The notes beneath the pieces were generated by a model. That model made no database searches. It saw only the letters and a list, made by a program, of their open reading frames with translations, and was not told the DNA's origin. A program made the translations under genes and the position numbers. A stretch of 61,937 nucleotides of DNA, the filler included, from Sphacelaria rigidula (taxonomy: Eukaryota): NCBI GenBank assembly GCA_964200075.2. It is 3 parts of 3 records of this genome, joined end to end, with 100 filler letters (N's around TTAATTAATTAA, not from the genome) between each part and the next. Parts side by side here need not be neighbours in the genome. Positions count along the whole stretch, not along the records: positions 41,371 to 61,937 come from CAXNAA020000517.1; 2 more parts are not named here. One strand, 5' to 3'. Below are positions 50,135 to 61,937 of the stretch, in pieces; positions within the stretch are counted from its first letter, which is position 1; each line of letters starts with the position of its first letter.

Positions 50135-53100
50135 TTTTTGAAGACTTGCGCGACGGTGGTGAAGCACGGGGGGCTAGAGCGTTTCTCCTACGGGAGATCG
50201 AAACGGTGGTGCGAATCCCACGCAAGAGGCGTGTTGGGGATTGTGGGGTCGTTGACGGTGCGCGAGTTCCACCGCAGTTGTCCCTGGGGCATTTTGCGAC
50301 CCGCGTGTGAATTTCTCGGAGGCAGGCGGGGGGCGCATGTCGCCCGTTACTCGCGAAAGGCGATTGTGTCTAAATGCGCGCAGCCATACTTGGGGAGCTT
50401 CAGCTGGTGGGCGTGGAGAACGGTGCTTCGCGGTACGGGTGGCTGACTACCATGTACCGGTGGTATGTCTCCCCATGTTTTTATTTCCGAACTCGGGCGT
50501 GTTGTCGAGTGGGCGAGTGGGGGACTACAGTACCGGTAGAGATATGGCTACCGTCATCCATCCCTCCCCCTCTCCCCTCTCTCCCTACCCCGTCGTCTAT
50601 CTCCTGTCTACCCCCTCCGCTGTTTCAGGAGACACGGAGGTGGGGTGGTCGAGGTGCATGCATGTGTATGTGTGGTGCGTGTAGAGCTGTATTTTCATGT
50701 GTCGAGTATGGTCTGGCTGTTGTGTTCTAGTGGTGACATATTTCGTCTTTGAGTAGTGCGGTGCGTGGTTGATCTCCCTCGCACGCACAAGTGATCGTTC
50801 TTGTTTTTAGTCTTTTGTTTTGTGTTCATTTCTCCATGTGTTGCCCCTCGTCCACTCCTCCGATGTTGAGTCGTGGGGCGTGGCCTGTTGTGTTTTGTGT
50901 ATCGAAGCGGGGTACATGTAGGCGGTGGGATACTTGTGTTGCCCCTCTTCCACTTCCATGTTGTGTCTTGGGGTGGGACCTTCAATTTCTCGTGTATCGG
51001 GGCGGGATGCTTAGGTCGGTGAAACGGGCAAGGGAAATGTCTTCTAGTTCCGTGTACCCTTTAATTTTGTTTTCGTTTTTGCTCTCATTTTCATGAACTG
51101 CCGGAATAAAATAGACACCCTTGGGTTTTTTTACGGGAGGCAATTTTTGTGGCGGGAAAAACGCGAAGCACGAACAGATTCACGTGAACACCCGTCCTCG
51201 CGACGAGACAGGCCTCCTCTAGTTGTGGTGAGTGCGCCTTGTCAAACCACACGGGAGCCCCTCTGTTTTCCCGCCAGTTTACTCTCGTCTACAACTAGAC
51301 TGATTTTTGGATCACTTTTTGACAGTTTGGCCACGGGCCTTGACGGCTGGAGTGTGCCGAACGCGGGGCCATTTTTTTTTCTTGGGGTCTCGGGGGAAAG
51401 GTCATGGGGTTGTGGACCCCGTGTCTTCTGTCAATATGTAGCGTATGATATTGTGCAGACGTCTTGACGCCTTCATTGGCACACAGTACGCGGAATATAT
51501 GTGCCGGGGCGGGGATGGGACGGGAGGGGCGTGGGGTGTGGGAAAAAGAGGCGAAACGTTCTACTTTCGACTGTGGCGGTGCATTCGCATACACAGGCGC
51601 CACGACTGTTTCCGTCATTGGTGTTCCCTTGCCATTGCATGTACCTGGAAGCGGTTCTCGTGTTTGTGACCGATGTGTGCTTTGTGTTCGCATGCATTTA
51701 TTTTGTGCCTTGTGTGTTCGTTCATTGATCAGTGTTCCCGATGTATTAGCGCCGTCTATTTATCTCCCGGAAGTGGTGTGCGTTGAAATACTACACAGTC
51801 CTTTTCCCCCTCCGTTTTTTTTATATTCTCTAGCCTTTGGTCATGGGAGGGAAGAGCATGTATTGGGCTCTTCATTTGTTAAATTTATTTATTGCGCGTT
51901 CTCCATTATTGTGTAATTTGTAAATGAGAGGTGGGGATGAAAAAAACTGCGGAAGTTAGGACAGCGGCGAATACCGCACTGCGATACCTAGCTTTGTACT
52001 TTTTTGGTTTTGGTCCTTGTCGTTACGGGTGAGGTTCGTAAAGGTGTGGTACAGCAAATAGATGGCTGACGGCAAGTGGCGTGGGTACATGGTCGTTGGT
52101 GTCAGGATATATTCGAGAAGGGTTGAGCTCAAGCTTCGCGCATGGGAGTTATTGCACTACAAAAGCTTGCCCTCGACCATGAAGGAAGGAACACTTGACG
52201 ATTTAATGACTACTGTGACGGCACAGCCTACATCGAGGAATCTGGCTCCGGTCCAGCCACCTCATTCCCCTGTGATATTCCCCAACTGTGAATCACGTCT
52301 CTCGATCTTCGATTTGCATGGCATACGAAAGGTCGTTGACGGGAACTCGCATGCGGGAACTGGAATGTCCGTGTTGTATTGAGGATTCGGCACGGGGGGA
52401 AGGCTGCCAGACGTACCCACATGTCTGGAATTAGAAATGATGGAGCTCGGAAATAGTCGAGTGGTCACTCGTTGTGCCACCATTTCCCAGTTGACTGATA
52501 CTTATTTGGTCATTGGCCGGCGAATAATACGTCAAATTTGGGCTAATTCCTAAGTGCAAAGCTGGTAATGGTGGGTGAAGGTTTGAGACCGTTGTCCTCC
52601 GTTACCAAAAATGGATTACCAGTTATAATTGTTTCCATTGCCAAGCTCTCAGGAAGTAAGATAACTGGACCCGTAGCAAGGATGCACTGCTTCCGACACT
52701 GGTACAATTTGACCGCTAGTTGTACAGATCAATGGAGCGGAGATGAAATATCCAGGTCATGCGTCCCAATTGTTTCAGTAATTGCTGGAGAACGCGTGGA
52801 AGCGTGAAAAACGGCTCACCAAGCCATCATGCAGCTACCGCTAATGGCCTCCTCACTGATAACTCTCGAAGGCGGTTTTGACTACCCCTGGTTCATGCAG
52901 ATTGTTCAATATGGCCGGATGGAAAGGGATAGCGCGCGGTCCAGGCTGAGACGTGCTATCCCTTACCGTCGCTGCACGCGAGTGCCATGAACGCGATGAT
53001 TTGCCCGTTTGGTCTCTCTCCCTCGAATGATATGTGTCACGAACGCGATGACTTACTTGGAACAGAACATGTAAGCATGGAAGTGTTCGACGAATTGTAC

Positions 53101-55710
53101 ATCCAGTAGCTGTCGTCAGAAACCACGTGCCGTACTTGTTTACTTGCGTTCATTATGTGTCTTTCCGAGACGAACAGAATTTCATTTCTCATACCAGCTA
53201 CGAAAGCAAGGGCGCATCTCTCACGAACTGTACTTGTACACATACGTTTCGCTAGAGCTTCACAGAGCGACCGAAATTTTGCTTTTTGGCTGAGAATTTT
53301 GTATTATTTGGGATGTAGAAAAGACGGAAAATTAACACGAACAAATCTGCGGGACCAAAAAACACATTCTCGCAGTTTGGAAAATATCGAGCTAACCCGA
53401 GACTACTGTACTTGATATTGGCCCGCCCTCGCGATAGGTCACTCATACCCCCCCCCCCCCCCCCCCCCCCCCCCGCGCCCCCCTTTTACTTCATCCATAT
53501 AACCCGCACCGTGGTGCTTCCCTCCCTCGAGCGATAGGGTGGTTGGTGGGAAAAATTGATCAAGTGCCAGGGACTACTGTACTACTGAGACTGCTGGCGT
53601 GTCGCTGTCTGGTCAGCTGGTCTCGAGTGATACAGTCTGCTGTGGTGCTCTTGCACTAGACCAGACTCGCTCGCTTGAACCAACTCTGTGGTGTTTGTGC
53701 CTTGGACACGCGATCCCTTATATGTTGTTCCAACTTCGGCGTACACCAGAATGCATCCCTTATAATTCGTCATCCGCCAACACAAACCTCGTACAGTATC
53801 CATACTGAATACACCCAATTTGAGAACTGGGGTGAAACCTCACCCGCGTTATTTTCTTTAAAGCATGACTCTACCTGACACCCTGCAACACCTAAAATAA
53901 TGACAAAAAACACATCCCCCTCCTCCAGTTTTTTTCAATGGTGAACTAGCGATTCTGCACACAGTATTTCAAAGCACAATTACCAAAATATTGTCCCGAA
54001 TCTCAACCGACCCAGCTGTTCTAAATCGCCCATTCTCACCTCAATTTTTCGATGAGTTTGGCTTCTAAATTTGGTGTGCAGTGAACATAATAACAACAGG
54101 AATTTTGGTGAGTCAAGATTTTACGTGTGTGTCAGTCCGCTTCTTTACTTGTGTGGACGGCAAAAATAAAATCTGGGAAAGTGCCTTTTTCGAGCTTTTC
54201 CCTCGTTTTACGCCCCAAAAGGGAGTTAAGCGGAGTTTGACACCTTGGAATGACTTGCTGAACTAGTTGAGGCGATTCCAAGACATCTTGTTTTCCGGTG
54301 GCCGCAGTTTCTATTTTGGCCGAACGAGAACTTTTGTCGAAGAACGGTGAAAAACCGTCAAATCTAGAAAAAATCGCCAATTTCCTCTAAATAAACATGA
54401 CTGTTTTCTACCGTTCTTCGACAAAAAAACACTGCTTCCTTGTGGTGAGGGCAGAAAAAAAATCGCTTTTTGGCTTTTCGAGACTTCTTTTTTTCATTAG
54501 TCCAAGAGAGATTGTCTTCGAAAATAAGGTCCAATTCCACATCAACAACAACAACACTGCTTTCCTTTGATGAGAAACAGCTTTCTCACGTGGACGACCT
54601 CATGACCCTGGACCTCACTGAAATTACACTTTTTGGGGGATCTTTCGTCTCCGTTCCTCAAAAAGTACGCCCGGACGGACCATTTTATTGCCTTGATTTC
54701 GGAGTGAAATTAAAGGGACGCAGTTAGCCCGAAAATGGCGTGTTCGCACATACTCTCTTTAGGGAAACGGAAGAGGGGAAACATGAATTACACTTTGACC
54801 AAGATATTGTGTGCGAAGTGGACAAAACGTAGCATTTTAGCCCAATTATCGCAAGCTAAATTGCTGACAATGGCGAAAACGAAGCGGGTTGAGTTTTTCT
54901 CCAAAGTGCATTTTTGAGTGCATGCATATTGTTTGCAATTTTATGATGTTCGAGAATATATTTTGCGTTGCCGTGCGCACCTCTGAATTACCACGACGTC
55001 ATTACTCTGGGACTGCATGACTGATAGTTGTTGCACAGAGAGGTTAGATTTCTAGTTTTATTAGAGTGGTATATCTCATGTTTTAATTTGATTTTTAGCT
55101 ACGCACCCCCTCTCATATTACCCAAGAGCGCTGCGTAATATGCTAGCGTCAATACGTTGGTACCGATGTGCACGGGTCCTCCCTCCCTACCTCTCACTGG
55201 TCTCCAACGTCACCTGCCCAACTCTCTGTGCTCAAATGGACCCTGTCGTGAAAAATACTGTAGAGTATATCATTACTCGCGATGTCATCACCAAGATCTG
55301 TCTCGGTATTCGTTTTTGTGTGGAGACACCATCCTGATGGATACACCCCTCCTGGTCTGCCGCACGACGACCCCTGCTGCTGTGAACTTTGGGAAATACA
55401 ACCACATAAGTTCGCCGCATATACAGGGTCTCGATTGTTAACCTGCAGAGCTTTATCTCTACCTCACCGCACCACCCTCCCTCCTCCCACCTCCCACCCC
55501 GGTCATTCTCACAAGGGACCCTGCCACAATCTTCCCTTCGGAACAAAGGCAACACACACGTGAAAAAAGATCCCTACGATCTTGCCTCTTTGTTTTTTTT
55601 CTGGGACCCCTTCATACTAAATCGTAGGGGCAAAGACCCCGGAGTTTAGTTCCGAATAAAAACGCCTATTGAGTTTTATTTGTGTTCTGAGAATCCTAAA
55701 TAAAAAGAAA

Positions 55711-58700
55711 ATGGGAGAGAGTGATGCCGTTGCCTACTGCATCAAACCACCCAGCAAACCCTCACCCCCACCCGAGAAGAAGAAGGATAAGGAAGAAGAG
55801 GAGAAGAAGGACAAAAAAACAATGGGCTACGATGGGCAGGTCGCACGAGCTACAATCTGGTGAGCAGCTGTGGCTTCTTTACACCTGGTCTGCTCTTGTG
55901 AGGCTTGGTCTCTACATGCAGTGATGAGATCGACATTTTTGGTCCTGAAAATATGCGCGAAAACTGGGTACCGCAACCGGTACATGGTGTTTCTCACCAG
56001 GGTCCATGGTGTTGCTCACCAGGGTCCAGTTGTGCTGTCACGGCCTAGGCTGGTACCGCTCGAGTCGGGCTCATGTTGGTGTATCTCACAGTCCTACATG
56101 CGATCAACAGCCGCACTCTACTTCTCCTGCACCCCATGTCCCCAATGTGCTCTGTCTCTTGCGTTCTGGGTATTGTTCGCTGGGCGGATGTGGCGTACTG
56201 ACTACTGTCTGTGTGATACCTTGCCCGTGTTGGTGCTGGTCCAACGATGCAGGGCTGGCGTGTACTTCATACTCTGGCTCATCCAACGGCTTTGGTGGTG
56301 AGTGAGGTACTGTAAGGGAAGTGTGACATTTCAATGTTGTCGAAACGCTCTATGTGCTGGAGCGTGGTGTGTGCTTCTGTGTGCCAAGGTTTGAGGAAAA
56401 GTCAGGTGCTTCCTTCCGTCCTGTTTCTTGTCCAGGGTCCTGGAAAATCATCAACGGTATTTTTTGCGCGAATTCATGTTACAGGCAGCGCTTGAGCTTG
56501 CCCTCGTGCCGTCGCACTGGCACACTGGACGGCGCTGCGAGTTTGCCTTGGCTGTCTAGCGATACCAAACCGCATGGTCAGCATGTCCAGCAGTACTAGG
56601 GCGTCCTAACGCTTCGATGGTACGCTGTGCGGTCACAGATGCCAAAGTGGATTGCCGATCAGCCGGTGCTTCTCCTGGGTTGTCATGTAACGTGAAGTTC
56701 TGAGTGGTACCATTTGTACTTCGCGGTAGGCTGTCACTCCTATGCATAACTCTCCGCCTCCGTTTGCTCTTGACCGAAACACACAGCCACCTGGGTCTAC
56801 CGAAGACGTGTACCCTCGCGGAGGACCCCTTGGACGTGCTCACGGATTTGCTAGTTTTATTCACGTTTTCACTGGCTCAGGTATGCCCGAAATGTTCTCG
56901 TTGTACGTCTGGAAGCCCGGTTTCCTTTTGACGTGATTTTGTTGGGGAGTAGGTTAGATACTGGGACTTGTACAGATGGAACTGCGGTGCGCTCCGGAAG
57001 CGAAGGTGTGTCAACATTTCCGTTCCTTCTCGACTTGCGCGTGCTAGTATCGGTGAGCCCGTCGAACTCGAGGTTCCCATCTCATGGTTTCTGGTGGCTG
57101 TTGCAACCTTTCATGCGCTACAGAACGCAAAATTGAGGGTTTTTTAGCACGAGTGGGTCGACATGAAGACTTGCGTGAGTCTCGACATTTTACCCTGCTC
57201 CGACAACGCGAATGACACGTGACTTGACTGATACATTCCCATCACGCACAGCGCATCTTTTGAACTCGGGCAACAGTCGCTCCGGCGGCAGACGAGCGCC
57301 CGTGGGGGATCGATTGTTGTCGGGACCCCGGCAGGGCGCCTGTTGCGGGTTCCAGTTTGTTGGGGCAACTCGCCGGCGTATTAAATCGTCTTCACTGCAC
57401 CTGTGCAGCCCGCGCTAATTTCAACTTCCGGTCATGGGGTAACCGGACCGCTCTCGACAGCGGGGGACAAGCAATTCGAAAGGGGGGGGTGGTACCAACG
57501 TCAAGATGTACCTCATCTGACTTTCATCACTTCATTTGTGCCGCATATTGAACCCGAATTGCGATCTAACGTCGAGCCCATTTCTTTTCCCGCAGGCATG
57601 GTGGTGTGAACTGCTGGAGGAGCAGCGATTCGATCAACTCAAGAAAGCTCCCTGGACACTGGGCGTCATCTTTTTCATGTGAGTTTCCTTCATGATGCAC
57701 TTCAGTGTCCACCAGCGGGAGGACATCGCGATGAGCCCTCGATCATTCTCCATGTGTCTTTTACGGTGATGCTCCACTGTACGCTAACTGGAGGTCATTT
57801 TTGTCCCCCTCAATCGTCGCCACTGCTGTGCCTCGCACCACTGCTGTGCCTCGCAGGCCCCTGTTTGTTTCGGCCATGGGTCGCATCAACGGATTGAGAC
57901 CGTGGGACGAGACGAACCCGGGGGAGGATTTCGACTTCTCTTCCATCCGGTCGACCATCTACATCTTCGGGCTCGTGTTCGTGGTGCTGTTCGTGTCGTG
58001 GCACTTTGCGCGCGCATGGCTCACTCTCCCTGGTGTATACCTGATTTCCGGAGTCGGGGAAGATGCCAAACCCCCGGAGAAGAACCCCCAAAACCTTCTC
58101 GGTAAGTGTCGGGTGAAGTTGAATTTCGCAGCGGGTGACGGCAATTCTGATCAACCAGGTGTCCTGAACGCCGTCATCACGTTTCGTTGACCCGTATGGC
58201 GTTTGAATGTCACGCTTCATTCGGTGCGTGTTGCAGCTTTTTCACCAGCGCTGACAGCGTTGTACCGTGCCGTGTAACGGGAAGGTACCGGGTACTTGAC
58301 GCTGGCGGCTGCTCGTTCATGACCATTTCTTTGTGTTCCCGCATTTGTCGCTCAACGTGATATTTTCATCTCCCGTCTCAACCCCCATCAACGCGCCCGA
58401 GTTTCCCCGGCGTTGCACGGACAGGAGCGATACGGGGTACTTTTGATCCCGGCACGAACGGAAATGAGGCAATTGAGGGGCATGTACGGATGCATTAGTG
58501 ATCGTGGTACAGGCAGTCTAAGCTCATCTAACGTGAAAAGTTTACCGACGCAAGTGGGCAGGATTACTGGTGTATCCACACTGTGTATAATGACCAATCT
58601 TGCGTCAGTTTTTGTCACGAAAGCTTTTGGGCAATTTTGAGGGTGTACCTGCGCGAATCCACCATGAATAGGAACATGAGACCTATAACTGGAGGCATGG

Positions 58701-59243
58701 CAATTTGACCCCTGCCAAATGCGAGCCTCCCTTCCGTTGTCGTGAACAGTGACTACTGTGATGAGGACACAAACTACCGTGTACTAGGTACTTCACGAAC
58801 AAGATATGGCGTTCACATGCGTTTCTGCCACCCTGTACGGCACATGAACGTGTACTCCCCTGGTATTCGGAGCCAAAATTCGTGGTAACCGTCAGGGTTG
58901 ACACTACCCTACCCTGCTGCACAGTGGCTTCGCCTCGAGGGTCGAAACACATCATATGGAAGGACAACACCTGACATCCGCATACTCGTCTCCCCGTTCC
59001 TCGTGTACCGCAGGTATCTACATGGTGAGCCGCGTTGTGATCGTGGCGTACTGCATCCTCTTCGCCTCTTTCCTTTTAGCTAAGGACAACGGGATGGACT
59101 ACAGGGGAGGGCTGTTGGCATGGGCGTTGTCGCTCATCGCATGCTTCCCTCACAACGTCAGCAATCTGTGGTTGGCGATCAACACGGGGATATTCCTTCA
59201 CAGTATTGGGTCTCACCGCCTCGCGTTCCTGGGATGCAACTAG
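55711..59243 (+). CDS. Uncharacterised multi-pass membrane protein, paralog B (5 exons, 285 aa)
   Basis: Exons 55711-55859, 56730-56880, 57596-57678, 57857-58101, 59014-59243. GT..AG introns with phases 2,0,2,1 give 858 nt of open frame ending in TAG. Blocks match paralog A: TCTLAEDPLDVLTDLLVLFTFSLAQ, AWWCELLEEQRF, WHFARAWLTLPGVYLISGVG, LLAWALSLIACF, NTGIFLHSIGSHRLAFL. The start ATG is the least certain part. Confidence 0.85.
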
Positions 59244-60619
59244 TAAGGGGCGACGACGTTGCTTGCGTACGGGGTGGCTTTGTCCCACAATATTTTATTG
59301 GTGTCGTTTGAGGAGGGTGAGCGTTTCATGGGTAACGCGGGTCGCGCTTCACATCTTGAGTGGTTTCGTTTGAACCATCTGTCTTCGTCCGTGTCGATCG
59401 TGTCTGTTGGAAACGTGCGCACCTTTCACCATTGGTCACCCCTCCCGTGTGACCGGTTAGGGCTTCTTCGCACAGCTTTTGTCATGAGTGGGGTGTCGTC
59501 GTTCGACTGGACACCACATTTTCGATTTTTGGTGGTGCCCGTCGGTCGTTCGAATTTTGAGCACAATGGTTGTGTTTCCGGAGTGAGCCGCAACTTTAGC
59601 CCTGGAGCTGTGACCCGTGGTTGTGTGGACGTTTGATTATCGTATGTGTGATCTGAGCGCGAAAACTGTCTTACTTTCGCAGTTTGTGTTTCCTCGGTAT
59701 TATTTGGTCTTTGTCCTTTGATGTGTCCGTTGACGGTAAGTATCTGGTCCGTGGTGAGTTGAGAGGTTCATTCTTGAGTGCACCATCCCCCCCGCCCCGA
59801 TCAATCGTAACTCCAAGAGTTCTCTGGTTTATCGATTAGAGAGGGCATACCACCCCGCGCCGCGTGCTGATTCGAGTATGTTTATTCCGACGTGTCAGGG
59901 AAAACATCTCGCGTCCGCCTCGAGGAAGGGTGGAACGTGTTGTATTAGAAATGAATGTTGAGGTGATGGCGTTGGCGCTTGTGGCTGGCGTTCGATATTT
60001 TTGTAGGTTTATTGGCATAACTGTATCTACCCTTTGCCGTTGTTGGAATAATGGAATCCTGGAAAAAGTGCCAACTATTGAGCGTTATGCAGAAAAGTTT
60101 TGAGTCGACGGGACCCTGAGCTGTCCTGAGAAAGATCTTACCCAGCGACTTTTGAATGAGACATGACACTTCACGCTAGTGCAGATTGCTGCACCGCCCT
60201 CCCGGTCGCCAGGTGTGAGATTACCGACTGACTTCAGGATGCTGAAATATCTGTATGCACCCCGACGTGGTCATGGCCGTCACCGCCCGCATGCGCCTGT
60301 GAGCATTGCACGCGAAAGGTGATATCTCAACTGACGAGTCGTGACATCGAAAAGCGGGAACAGAACATGTTGCTTGCGGAATTCAATACAATTCATGTAA
60401 TTCTACGGTATAGCTGCATGAATGTTCTGAGGTTGATAGTGTCATTGGCCCTTGATCTGATCCACAACACGCCAGGATCTTAATTTGAGTGCCACGACAG
60501 CAGTTTCCGCAGCGGAGTTGAGGATGGCCTGTCAGTCGCCCCGGGGGCTCAGTCGGTAACCTCGACACCTGCTGACGGTTGAGTCGTGGGTTGAATTCTC
60601 GGAGCGATGCTGGTTCTTT

Positions 60620-60871
60620 TTCACAACGCCCAACAAGGGAGAATTATCAAGGGTCGTGAGGACAGATTTGAACCGACGATTGATGGGGGGAAGGGAGAGC
60701 TGACCCACTTCCGCGACGTACAGTAAAGCCAAGCAATCCCGCCAAAGGAAGGTGTCGTACACATGACGAACGAGAAAGTTTCCTGTGTTAACTCTCGTGT
60801 GGCCCTGGCTGGTGCGCCCACACATACCCAAAGATGTTGATTGGCGTCCGGAATAGATGGGACGTCCACAC
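60620..60871 (+). repeat. ~250-bp short interspersed repeat; partial copies at 36308-36379 (+) and ~16120-16195 (-)
   Basis: Shared core GTG(A/G)CCC.GGCTG.TGC.CCCACA.ATACC.AAAG...GAATA.ATGGGACG...CAC. The left boundary is approximate. Confidence 0.65.
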
Positions 60872-61937
60872 AAAGGGGCAAATATACACCCCACCCCGCA
60901 AAGCCCGCCTCATACTGGGATTTTATCAAAGTTCAATGTTCCATTTCTTCAAAACAAGATGAATCACGGAAATTGTCGAAACAAAGCCCTCTGACATCTG
61001 AGGTCGTCGGGACAGAGCGGGCAAGGAGCAGAGGGAGATGTACGAACCCCGCACAGCCCATCACACCCTTCGGTTTTTGTCAGTGCGTTGATCAATCTCT
61101 TGCAACGAACTAAACAGAAGAGATCGAAACAGAGTTTATTGACCACTTTCTTGCGACGACGTTGACAAGAAAAAACGAAGAAAATCATCACAATTTTTGA
61201 AGAAATGCCCTCCGGGGGGAGGGGTCAAGGGACCTCCTACATGTCCGAATATTTCCTCCGCGCTGCCCCGTGTATGCGCGGGAAAAAAATGTTGCCGAGC
61301 TGGGCCAGCCTAGACACGGATTCAAACTCTCAAAGCTATATCTCGTCGACACGGACGAGTTGGGCCGTGATCCACAGTAATCGTCCAGCCAAGGGGAAGG
61401 TGCCCATCTGCTCATAATTTTGGGCCCATATTTTCTTGTTAATAAAATCTCAAGTCTGGTAATTCCTATACCTAACGGAGATAGCGTCCATACTATAATC
61501 TCTATGAAACCCCGAACGACGCATTCAGCGGATGAATTTTGGTGTGGACATTCCCTGGAGCACGGGGAGACGATAGATTCCCTTACCCTCACCTAATTCA
61601 TAATCTATCTCGATATATGGCGCACACAAGTTTCCATACTAAAATCAGTATATTACGAGCAGATGCGCTAGATTAGCTGAACCTGGATATCGCGTCTCAG
61701 TTTTGAGAGAGTCATGGTATAAAATTTCGTATGGAGAACCGCTAGTGCATAATAAAGCTTATAAGGCCGGATGTTATGGTACACAGATTTTTGGCCCACG
61801 GATTGTTCACTTCTGGTACATTTGAGCCACTTTTTGGCCCCCAAACAGGGAAAATGGTCAACAAACGTCTTGGACACTTTGCATCACCCCACAGAGAGGA
61901 GCCTAGTCTGCTTTTCAGATTCGCTTGGATCCGAGGT

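Noticed and set aside
52062-52990. Possible pseudogene between the two paralogs
   Set aside because: No recognisable motif, no similarity to the paralogs, and many stops.
54332-54426. 17-bp inverted repeat as the core of a larger foldback element
   Set aside because: The outer arms are too degenerate to define termini or a TSD.

Overview
Eukaryotic, repeat-rich nuclear DNA. It is most likely a brown alga or other stramenopile; this is an inference from the intron style and from a LINE C-terminus resembling Ectocarpus-type elements. Three assembly gaps are present. Host genes: two tandem paralogous 5-exon genes for an uncharacterised multi-pass membrane protein (44944-50134 and 55711-59243, + strand), and the first exon of a probable MAPEG-family gene head-to-head with the first paralog (- strand). 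Large mobile elements: a decayed Ty3/Gypsy LTR retrotransposon (- strand, ~20.7-25.6 kb, cut by a gap), a structurally complete Ngaro/PAT-like tyrosine-recombinase retrotransposon with split direct repeats A1...B1-A2-B2 (29274-36544), and a 5'-truncated LINE 3' end. Smaller elements: a non-autonomous hAT element, several foldback MITEs, and a multi-level nested insertion stack whose empty site lies in the same window. The most notable observations are a candidate UGA readthrough signal (stop, 7-nt spacer, stem-loop) between Gypsy gag and pol, CCCH zinc fingers in three Gag-like proteins, a 27-bp coding minisatellite inside the YR element, and paralogs that share only 2 of their 4 intron positions. 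All alignments and counts were done by eye.
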